Assembly (NCBI GenBank): GCA_017408735.1
Contig: JAFQUB010000041.1
Location: 89,373-129,372 of the forward strand
Origin: Lachnospiraceae bacterium
Lineage (GTDB): Bacteria; Bacillota; Clostridia; Lachnospirales; Lachnospiraceae
Direction of reading: 5' to 3'
Length of the DNA stretch: 40,000 nucleotides
Below, one piece after another: positions 33,190 through 40,000 of the stretch. Each line of letters begins with the position of its first letter. Positions within the stretch are counted from its first letter, which is position 1. The notes below the pieces were generated by a model. It made no database searches. It was not told the origin of the DNA and saw only the letters and a program-made list of their open reading frames with translations. The position numbers were made by a program, and so were the translations under genes.

Positions 33190-33195
33190 CTTACA
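33174..33195 (-). repeat. Crossover site S4 (reverse complement TGTAAGCTAAACTCAAATTTAT)
   Basis: Core at 33178-33188, inverted relative to S1. It shares a 16-bp identity, CTAAACTCAAATTTAT, with S1. Confidence 0.85.
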
Positions 33196-33219
33196 TTAAT
33201 TGAATAATTTGTTTAAAGC

Positions 33220-33261
33220 GCCTTACAAGAGCCGGATAATCCGACTTTTATAAGGCTTTTT
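33220..33261 (+). terminator. Hairpin plus T-run downstream of the invertible region
   Basis: GCCTTA...TAAGGC outer stem with an inner CGGA-TAA-TCCG, followed by TTTTT. Confidence 0.45.
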
Positions 33262-33296
33262 AAGCTACAAAAAATAAAAAGAAAGAAGGAAAACAT

Positions 33297-33644
33297 ATGG
33301 AGAAAGTAGTGTTAAAAGATGAAACAGAAATCGTAATCTGTGACGGAGCAGCGGAGAACTGCATAACAGTGCCTTTTACAGATGAATCTGAGGTTGCAGG
33401 AATTACTGAAAATTTCACGCAGCAAAATCTTGAGGAATTTAAGATTTACAATGCCAGCGGAGTTTTGTGTACTACAATTACCAATAAAAAGGTAAAAAGT
33501 TACACAACCAATTTGGAAGAAAAAACAGTAACGTTCAATCTAGAAGATGTTTCTAAATTAGAAAATCGCGTAACAGAATTGGAAGCAACACAGGAAATGC
33601 AGGATGAAGCGATTATGGAACTGGCAGAAATGGCGGTAGAATAG
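33297..33644 (+). CDS. Hypothetical protein with C-terminal coiled coil (occupies the XkdW-like slot)
   Basis: GAAGGAAAAC RBS. Position between the fibre and XkdX-like genes. No motif recognised. Confidence 0.55.
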   Translation: MEKVVLKDETEIVICDGAAENCITVPFTDESEVAGITENFTQQNLEEFKIYNASGVLCTTITNKKVKSYTTNLEEKTVTFNLEDVSKLENRVTELEATQEMQDEAIMELAEMAVE

Positions 33645-33654
33645 GAGGTAGAGC

Positions 33655-33762
33655 ATGGTTAATTTTTATGTGTATCGCATTAAAAAAGGTAAAATGACAC
33701 TAGAAGACGTTCCGCCAAAATGGAGAGCGGAAGTAGCAGAAAGACTGGAGGAAGAAGACTAA
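33655..33762 (+). CDS. XkdX-family small phage protein (35 aa)
   Basis: TAGGAGGTAGAGC RBS. MVNFYVYRIKKGKMTLEDVPPKWRAEVAERL matches the XkdX pattern (fw...i..g..tl..VP...r..V...L). Confidence 0.65.
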   Translation: MVNFYVYRIKKGKMTLEDVPPKWRAEVAERLEEED

Positions 33763-33845
33763 TGTCATTTGCAATTGGAGTTATTTTAGGAGTATTCTTT
33801 GGAACATTTTACTTAGCCTTGGTAAACAAGGACAAGGAACAGTAG
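33762..33845 (+). CDS. 27-aa hydrophobic peptide (MSFAIGVILGVFFGTFYLALVNKDKEQ)
   Basis: TAATG overlap with the XkdX-like gene. It has a single TM-like segment and is followed by a terminator. Confidence 0.35.
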   Translation: MSFAIGVILGVFFGTFYLALVNKDKEQ

Positions 33846-33867
33846 ACCGCGGAAATGCGGTTTTTTT
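33846..33867 (+). terminator. Intrinsic terminator
   Basis: ACCGC-GGAAAT-GCGGT followed by TTTTTTT. Confidence 0.6.
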
Positions 33868-33886
33868 ATGGAAAGAGGTAAAGAGA

Positions 33887-34321
33887 ATGGAGAAAATCAG
33901 CACAATTAAAGCAATTATTTTAACAATCATCGGGACATTAGGGAGCATTGTAACAAAATGGTTCGGAGGATGGACAGAAGATTTGACAACGTTAATTATT
34001 TTTATGGGAATCGATTACTTAATGGGACTTGCTATTGCAGCCTTTTGGAAAAAGAGCGGAAAGTCCAAAACTGGAGCATTAAATAGCATTTCCGCATGGC
34101 AGGGGCTTATCCGGAAAGGATGCTCATTGTTGGTTGTATTAGTAGGATATCGTTTGGATTTAGCAATTGGCACAGATTACATAAAGACAGCGGTAATAAT
34201 TGCATTTATAACAAACGAAGCAATTTCTATTGTGGAAAACATTGGTATTATGGGCATTCCGTTGCCAAAGACAATTACAAAAGCAATAGATGTGTTAAAG
34301 AGTAAATCAGAGGGCGAGTAA
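33887..34321 (+). CDS. Holin (phage_holin_4_1 / TcdE-like family)
   Basis: Multiple TM helices. Family-typical W.G..ED..TL..FM.IDY..G...A.........S....G..KK........NE.ISI.EN....G..IP. Confidence 0.88.
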   Translation: MEKISTIKAIILTIIGTLGSIVTKWFGGWTEDLTTLIIFMGIDYLMGLAIAAFWKKSGKSKTGALNSISAWQGLIRKGCSLLVVLVGYRLDLAIGTDYIKTAVIIAFITNEAISIVENIGIMGIPLPKTITKAIDVLKSKSEGE

Positions 34322-34356
34322 TCGTCCTCTTTTCTATTAGAAAGGGTGTGAAAAGT

Positions 34357-35247
34357 ATGAAAACGAGCCAAAATGGAATTGATTTAATTAAGAAATTTGA
34401 GGGTTGCCGATTAAAAGCATATAAGTGTGCGGCGGATGTGTGGACGATTGGGTACGGGCACACGAATGGGGTAAAATCTACAAATGTGATTACAGAAGTA
34501 CAGGCAGAAGAATACCTAAAGGAAGATTTAGAGCGATTCGAGAAAAATGTCGAGAAATATAATTACCGATATAATTGGAACCAGAATGAATTTGATGCCC
34601 TGGTTAGCTTTGCATTTAATCTCGGATCCATCGACAAATTGACAGCAGATGGAACACGGAGCAGAGAAGTGATAGCAGAAAAAATCCTTTGTTATAATAA
34701 AGCCGGCGGAAAAGTTCTTACTGGGTTAACAGAAAGAAGAAAAGCGGAACAGAAGTTATTTTTAACCAAAGTTGCACCGGTGCAACAGTATTCTAAAAAT
34801 AAAACCACAGACGGATCCGGTTTGATTCGAGCAGTGCAGCAGTGGTTAAATAAAGAATATGGAAAATATATTAAAGTTTGCGAAGCCTGCGGCAAAAAGT
34901 TACTGGAAGTAGACGGAGAATTCGGTGCAAAGACCAAGGCTGCTCTTACAATTGCCCTACAGGTATGGTTAAACGACTTCGAAGATATTAGTTTAAAAGT
35001 AGATGGAGAGTTCGGAGCTAAGACCAAGGCAGCATGTAAAATTGTTAGCACAACAATTAATGCTTACACTAGAGGAGCCCAGATTGTACAGGCAATTCTT
35101 TATTGCAATAAGTACAATCCGCAGATGTTCGACGAAGCATTTAACAAGGACTGTGAAACAGCATTAAAAGCATACCAAACCGGCCGAGGACTTAAACCGG
35201 ATGGAGTGGCAGGGCCGCTTTTCTTCGAATCTGCTTTGACAAACTAA
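34357..35247 (+). CDS. Endolysin: GH24 lysozyme domain plus C-terminal peptidoglycan-binding repeats (alternative GTG start at 34348)
   Basis: GIDLIKKFEGCRLKAYKCAADVWTIGYGHT (catalytic E, T4/lambda-lysozyme type). Repeated VDGEFGAKTKAA and LKPDGVAGP PG_binding_1-like motifs. Confidence 0.9.
   Translation: MKTSQNGIDLIKKFEGCRLKAYKCAADVWTIGYGHTNGVKSTNVITEVQAEEYLKEDLERFEKNVEKYNYRYNWNQNEFDALVSFAFNLGSIDKLTADGTRSREVIAEKILCYNKAGGKVLTGLTERRKAEQKLFLTKVAPVQQYSKNKTTDGSGLIRAVQQWLNKEYGKYIKVCEACGKKLLEVDGEFGAKTKAALTIALQVWLNDFEDISLKVDGEFGAKTKAACKIVSTTINAYTRGAQIVQAILYCNKYNPQMFDEAFNKDCETALKAYQTGRGLKPDGVAGPLFFESALTN
34771..34786. repeat. Palindrome copy P5, GTTGCACCGGTGCAAC (perfect)
   Basis: Exact copy in the inter-domain linker of the endolysin, translated as VAPVQQ, in the same phase as P2. 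Confidence 0.95.
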
Positions 35248-35300
35248 TTCCCTCAATATATAATTAAATTAGAAACACATTTAATAAGGTAAGAAAAAAT

Positions 35301-35867
35301 TATATCCTAGCGAAGTTCGGAGGTCCGGACGGTGAATTGGCAGCATCTATGCGCTATTTATCCCAGAGGTATGCCATGCCGTATCGAGAAGTTATGGGAA
35401 CGCTGACAGATATCGGTACGGAGGAACTTGCACATTTAGAAATGATTGGAGCTATTGTGCATCAGCTTACAAGAAACCTGACTCCGGAGGAAATCGTTGC
35501 TTCCGGTTTTGATAAATACTATGTAGACCATACCACTGGCATCTGGCCACAGGCAGCAGGAGGAATTCCGTTTAATGCTTGTGAATTTCAGAGCAAAGGG
35601 GACCCGATTACGGATTTGGTGGAAGACTTGGCAGCGGAACAGAAGGCACGATCCACTTATGACAATATTTTGCGTCTGGTACATGACAGTGATGTGGCCG
35701 ACCCGATTCGTTTCCTGAGAGAAAGAGAAATTGTACATTTCCAGAGGTTTGGGGAAGCTTTAAGACTGGTTCAGGATAAACTGGATTCGAAAAACTTTTA
35801 TGCCTTTAACCCGGCATTTGATTGTAAAGTGAATCCATCCACAGGATGTAAATGTCAGAAATCATAA
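35301..35867 (+). pseudogene. 5'-truncated manganese-catalase-family / CotJC-like gene (host side of the prophage junction)
   Basis: ..ILAKFGGPDGELAASMRYLSQRYAMP..LTDIGTEELAHLEMIGAIV...AEQKARSTYDNIL...FLREREIVHFQRF matches CotJC/Mn-catalase from about residue 20-25 onward. Upstream in frame there is no ATG or RBS, and a stop lies at 35265-35267. Confidence 0.65.
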
Positions 35868-35872
35868 GAAAG

Positions 35873-35910
35873 AATGCTGTATATGGGGGAACCTGTGTAC
35901 AGCATTTTTT
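35873..35910 (+). terminator. Intrinsic terminator of the cotJC-like gene
   Basis: AATGCTGTA / TACAGCATT 9-bp stem followed by TTTTTT. Confidence 0.65.
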
Positions 35911-36130
35911 ATGGTGCAGCAGAACTGATTTTGAACAATAATCAAAGAAGGATTGTGCAAATTGCATAAAAACAGTAGAAAAGTAATATTTTTATTAAGT
36001 GCAAAAAAGAAAAGGTTTGTTGAAAACGTAGAAAATTTGAAAAAAGAAAATAATATGTGTAAAAGAAAAGATAAAATGTTATAATAAAATTGTAACATCT
36101 AGAAAGAAAGTACTATAGGAGGAAGAAGTA

Positions 36131-39100
36131 ATGCATAAGAAACGTATTTTTAAGTTTTTCCGTATTTCTATTTCAGCTGCATTAGCATTCTCCATGATTT
36201 TTGGACAGATTGGTTCAAGTCTTGGATTTTCATATGCGCAGGAAGTGCAGGCACAGGAAGCGGAAAGCGAATATGTTGAGGAGAATGTTGATGCTTCTAA
36301 TGCATCAAATGCGGAAAAGTATGGATTGGCAGACAATACAAAAGATGGTGTTATTCTCCACGCGTTCTGCTGGTCATTCAATACAATTAAAGAAAATATG
36401 AAAGATATTGCAGAGGCAGGATATACAACAGTTCAGACTTCACCTGCAAATGCATGTAACGACAGTTATCCAACCAAGGCACTTTGGGATTTAAACCAGG
36501 TGTGGAATACTAGTTATGATGGAAAACAGGGCGCATGGTGGTGGCATTATCAGCCAACAGACTGGACTATCGGTAATTATCAGTTAGGTAGTGCAGAAGA
36601 TTATAAGGCTATGTGTGAAGAGGCAGACAAGTATGGTGTGAAAATTATCACAGACGTAATTCCAAACCACACTGCAAGTGATACAAGCAAAGTATCTCAA
36701 AATCTTATCAATGCCGCTGGAGGCAGTTTATATCATGCAAATGGTTTTAACCAGATTAACAATGAAGGTGAATGGTCTTGGGGAAACCGTTTGGCATGTA
36801 CTACCGGTATGATGGGAGGATTACCTGATGTTAATACAGAAAATCAGGGATTCCAGGCGTACTATTTGAAATATTGTAATGATTTGATTGCTCTTGGATG
36901 TGACGGTTTCCGTTACGATACAGCAAAACACATCGGTGTACCAAGCGACCCGAAAGATTCCGCCAATACTCGTGGAGTAAACGATTTCTGGGATGTGGCA
37001 ACCGGTAAAAAAGCTGTAAATGGAGTATCATTAAGTAACAAGGACAACCTGTTTATTTACGGTGAAGTATTACAGGGAGATAATGTTCCTACCAGTGAAT
37101 ATGCAGGCTACATGGAACAGACAGCCAGCAATTATGGAGGAGCATTAAGAGAGGCAGTTAAAAATAAAAATTTCAGTGTAGGAAATATTTCAAATTGGCA
37201 GCATTCTGATCCTGGTAAGATAGTTACCTGGGTAGAATCTCATGATACCTATATGAATAATCATGAATCTGCTTCCTTGACAAACGACCAGATTAAAATG
37301 GCATGGGCTTTGATTACAGCTCGTAAAGACGGTACTCCATTGTTCTTAAGCAGACCGGATGGCTCCGACGGTGCTTCTGGAAATTTCTATGGAAACAACG
37401 TACTTGGTGCCAAAGGTAATGATCACTTTAAGGATCCTGAAATTGTTGCAGTAAACAAATTCCGTACTGCGATGATTGGACAGGGGGAATATTTAAGAAA
37501 TCCAAATGGAAGTTCTCAGATTCTTCAGATTGACCGTGGAGAATTAGGAACATGTATTATTAACCTTGGTGGAAACACAAGCATTAACAGTGAAACTACC
37601 ATGGCAGATGGTACTTATACAGATCAGGTATCCGGTAGAGAGTTCACTGTATCCAATGGAAAAATCAGCGGACAGTTAGACAGCTACAAAGTGGCAGTTA
37701 TTTATAATCAGGATGGCAATACAAAACCAAGTATTAAAGCGTCTGTAGAAGCCGGAAGTACTTTTACTACAGATACAATAGATGTAACATTTACAGTAAA
37801 GAATGTAGCGAGTGCAACCTATACTATAGATAATGGAGAAAGCGTTCCATTTACAGACAGTGTAACATTAACATTAGGTTCTGATACAGCTTATGGAGAT
37901 GAAGTAAGGGTTAGAATTGATGTTACAGCAGAAGATGGCGCCATGACGGGACCGGTCTTTAGCTATAAAAAGAAAGAAGCTGGTAAGCTGGAAAAGAATA
38001 CAGTATACTTCACAAAACCTTCCGGATGGAGTTCAGCAAGCATTTATGCGTATATTCCAAATGGAAATGAAGCAACCAAACTTACAGGAGCTTGGCCGGG
38101 AACAGCTATGACAGATGAAGGTAACGGAGTTTATTCTTATACTTTTGATGCAAGCGTTTCTGAATGTAAAGTAATTTTTAATGATGGAAAAGGGGAAAAT
38201 GCACAGCAGACACCGAAAGATGAAGAAGGAAAGGCTTGTGGATATGATTACACAAGCGGAAAAGCATATACATGCGAGAATGAAGTTTGGACAGCTGTAG
38301 AAGTAAGTAATCCAACAACTCCACCAACAAACACACCAACAAACACACCGGTACCAACAGTAACAGAAGCGCCGGTGGGAATTAAAATCAATTCCTCTCT
38401 CGCAGACAACAGCAGTTTCTCAACAGAAACAGAAACAATTAAGATTACATTGGAAAATGCTGAAAAAGGAACATACTGCGTAGACGATGGTCCTGTAAAA
38501 GAATTTACAAACAGTGCAGATGTTGTAATTGGTAAAGGTAAAATCGCAGACAGCACAGTTACTGTAAAAGTAACAGCTGAAGGAAATGGCGAAACAGCAA
38601 CAAAGACATTTACATATACAAAAGAATATGTGGCAACCTACAGCAATCAGGTTGTGCCTGTAAATGCAGGAGCAGCTATGGAAGAGGTTGTAGAAGAAGC
38701 AGAAGTTAACGCAGCAGCAGAATCCACTGCATACTATGCAACCAACCCAAGTGGTAAAGTTGGTAAGAAAGCAACAATTACTATTGATGGTGACTGTTCA
38801 GACTGGACAGAAGACATGAAAGTAGCTAATTCGGGAGCATGGGATATTTCTAATAACTTCAAAGGTGCACATGAAAACTCTGTAGCAGATTGTTACGGTT
38901 TATATGCTGCATGGGATGATGAAAACCTGTACCTTGGTCTTGAAATGGTAAATACTACAGACACCTGGGGAAATCCTGGAGATGGACCTTTATCAGATGG
39001 TGGAAAAATTTCAAAGGTTCCAATTGGTTTTGCGATCGATACAGGTAGAGGAAATGCACTTACAGGTAAGATGGAAGAAGGTTTGGATCCATATATTTGG

Positions 39101-40000
39101 AGCTGTGCCATTGAATTCGAAACAAGAATTGACTATTTGATTTATGCCAGCGCAGTATTTGAAGGAACACCGGGATTGTTCCGTGCAAATGCTGAAGGAC
39201 TGACAAACTATACAACAAACTGCTTATCCTTTGAAGATGAAGGAATCAGCTATAAGAAAGCGGATGACAGTGTTTCCGCGCAGATTATGGAAGTATGCAA
39301 TGCAACCTCTCCGAAAGATGTTTATAATACAGCAAAATACCGTGATGCGTTAACAGCAGCAAGCAACGGCGGAAAAAGAAATCATGACAGAAAATATGAT
39401 TCATTTTATGAAATTAACATTCCGTTATCAAGCTTAGGAATTGACAGTACTTATATTGAACAGAACGGAATTGGAGTTATGGGACTTGGAACAAGAGGAA
39501 GCTCAGGAATTGACTGTGTACCACATGACCCGACTATGTTAGACAATGCAACGGGAGAATGTGCGGTAGATCCATCTACTTCTCATGAAAAAGATGATAC
39601 AGATGTTATCACGGTTCCATTGGCAAGTGTTGGTAAATTACGAGATGGAACAGTTAATCCGGTAACACCAGCAGTAACAGCACCACCGGTAGCAACAAGT
39701 ACACCTGTACCAACAGCAGAACCAACAGATGTGCCGGTTGATGGAATTGCTGTAAACTTCGGTGCAGACCGTTCCGCGCCACAGTACAATTCAACAGCAT
39801 TGGAAATTAAGGCAGAAGTAAGCGGTGGAACAGCACCATATAACTATGAATTCTTTGTAGACAATGTATCTGTAAAGAATGGTGCAGAAGATACATATAC
39901 ATGGCAGAATGGCTCAGCAGGGGCACATACCATTAAAGTAGTAGTAACAGACAGCACAGGAAAGACAGCAACAGTTGCAAAAGAATATGACTTAGAACAG
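36131..40000 (+). CDS. Secreted multidomain GH13 alpha-amylase (AmyE-like catalytic domain plus Ig/CBM-like modules and Thr/Pro linkers), 3' end outside window
   Basis: TAGGAGGAAGAAG RBS precedes ATG 36131, followed by a signal peptide. GH13 motifs: VILHAFCWSFNTIKENMKDIAEAGYTTVQTSP, DVIPNH, GFRYDTAKHI, YGEVLQ, WVESHDTY. The frame is open to position 40000. It is absent from the ORF track because no stop falls in the window. Confidence 0.92.
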   Translation, partial: MHKKRIFKFFRISISAALAFSMIFGQIGSSLGFSYAQEVQAQEAESEYVEENVDASNASNAEKYGLADNTKDGVILHAFCWSFNTIKENMKDIAEAGYTTVQTSPANACNDSYPTKALWDLNQVWNTSYDGKQGAWWWHYQPTDWTIGNYQLGSAEDYKAMCEEADKYGVKIITDVIPNHTASDTSKVSQNLINAAGGSLYHANGFNQINNEGEWSWGNRLACTTGMMGGLPDVNTENQGFQAYYLKYCNDLIALGCDGFRYDTAKHIGVPSDPKDSANTRGVNDFWDVATGKKAVNGVSLSNKDNLFIYGEVLQGDNVPTSEYAGYMEQTASNYGGALREAVKNKNFSVGNISNWQHSDPGKIVTWVESHDTYMNNHESASLTNDQIKMAWALITARKDGTPLFLSRPDGSDGASGNFYGNNVLGAKGNDHFKDPEIVAVNKFRTAMIGQGEYLRNPNGSSQILQIDRGELGTCIINLGGNTSINSETTMADGTYTDQVSGREFTVSNGKISGQLDSYKVAVIYNQDGNTKPSIKASVEAGSTFTTDTIDVTFTVKNVASATYTIDNGESVPFTDSVTLTLGSDTAYGDEVRVRIDVTAEDGAMTGPVFSYKKKEAGKLEKNTVYFTKPSGWSSASIYAYIPNGNEATKLTGAWPGTAMTDEGNGVYSYTFDASVSECKVIFNDGKGENAQQTPKDEEGKACGYDYTSGKAYTCENEVWTAVEVSNPTTPPTNTPTNTPVPTVTEAPVGIKINSSLADNSSFSTETETIKITLENAEKGTYCVDDGPVKEFTNSADVVIGKGKIADSTVTVKVTAEGNGETATKTFTYTKEYVATYSNQVVPVNAGAAMEEVVEEAEVNAAAESTAYYATNPSGKVGKKATITIDGDCSDWTEDMKVANSGAWDISNNFKGAHENSVADCYGLYAAWDDENLYLGLEMVNTTDTWGNPGDGPLSDGGKISKVPIGFAIDTGRGNALTGKMEEGLDPYIWSCAIEFETRIDYLIYASAVFEGTPGLFRANAEGLTNYTTNCLSFEDEGISYKKADDSVSAQIMEVCNATSPKDVYNTAKYRDALTAASNGGKRNHDRKYDSFYEINIPLSSLGIDSTYIEQNGIGVMGLGTRGSSGIDCVPHDPTMLDNATGECAVDPSTSHEKDDTDVITVPLASVGKLRDGTVNPVTPAVTAPPVATSTPVPTAEPTDVPVDGIAVNFGADRSAPQYNSTALEIKAEVSGGTAPYNYEFFVDNVSVKNGAEDTYTWQNGSAGAHTIKVVVTDSTGKTATVAKEYDLEQ

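Larger units (their letters stand above)
1..35300. mobile_element. Prophage (partial; left end outside window), PBSX-like contractile-tailed temperate phage
   Basis: Uninterrupted + strand modules: replication, late regulator, terminase, portal, MuF, scaffold, capsid, sheath, tube, tape measure, baseplate, fibre, holin, lysin. The right boundary is inferred from the 5'-truncated host gene starting near 35301. Confidence 0.9.

Noticed and set aside
30429-33195. Diversity-generating retroelement as the source of fibre variability
   Set aside because: There is no reverse transcriptase ORF and no template/variable repeat pair with adenine-specific differences. Variation is between whole unrelated cassettes bounded by inverted crossover sites.
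729-35051. Dozens of minus-strand ORFs in the six-frame track (e.g. 729..1160, 2385..2753, 4157..4648, 6728..7216, 9779..10288, 22692..23105, 29420..29779, 34692..35051)
   Set aside because: They lie antisense to well-supported + strand genes, lack RBS motifs and have Cys/Phe/Leu/Ser-rich shadow-frame compositions. The only credible minus-strand coding sequences are 1..328 and the two inverted fibre cassettes.
36075-36098. ATGTTA-N11-TAACAT dyad overlapping a TGtTATAAT box upstream of the amylase gene as a regulator operator
   Set aside because: The arms are short and AT-rich in an AT-rich region, so the match is plausible by chance. The extended -10 box itself (36077-36085) is reasonable but has a weak -35.
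1-40000. tRNA, rRNA or CRISPR arrays
   Set aside because: No cloverleaf-like segments with a GTTCGAATC-type T-arm were seen. No rRNA-like sequence and no regularly spaced direct repeats were seen anywhere in the window.

Overview
About 35.3 kb of this window is a temperate, contractile-tailed (PBSX/XkdK-XkdV-like) prophage in a low-GC Firmicutes/Clostridia-type genome. Nearly all genes are on the + strand. The left end, with any lysogeny module or integrase, lies outside the window. Gene order: small early genes; a replication/accessory module (HUH rolling-circle Rep-like, RNase H-like, PcfK-like, PcfJ-like, HTH protein, HNH, SSB); small Zn-ribbon/DUF551-type ORFs; a promoter+terminator moron; a sigma-region-4-like late regulator; terS/terL; portal; MuF-like head protein; scaffold; capsid; connectors; sheath/tube; frameshifted chaperone; tape measure; baseplate (XkdP-XkdU-like); tail fibre; holin; GH24 endolysin. 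The right phage/host junction falls at about 35.25-35.31 kb, inside a 5'-truncated cotJC/Mn-catalase-like gene. A host secreted multidomain GH13 alpha-amylase follows and runs off the window. Main findings: (1) a four-cassette multiple-inversion (shufflon-like) system at the tail-fibre C-terminus, with an embedded tyrosine recombinase and four copies of a TAAACTCAAAT-core crossover site; (2) a 16-bp perfect palindrome GTTGCACCGGTGCAAC present five times (three perfect, two with one mismatch) in intergenic DNA and protein linker regions, with half-sites resembling parS; (3) a MuF head protein with a toxin-like C-terminal domain followed by a small acidic immunity-like ORF; (4) prophage insertion in a sporulation-associated gene; (5) a 24-bp-arm inverted repeat around a 77-bp segment in the early region; (6) a strong terminator abutting terS with no room for a promoter. 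Functional names come from motif recognition by eye, not database searches.
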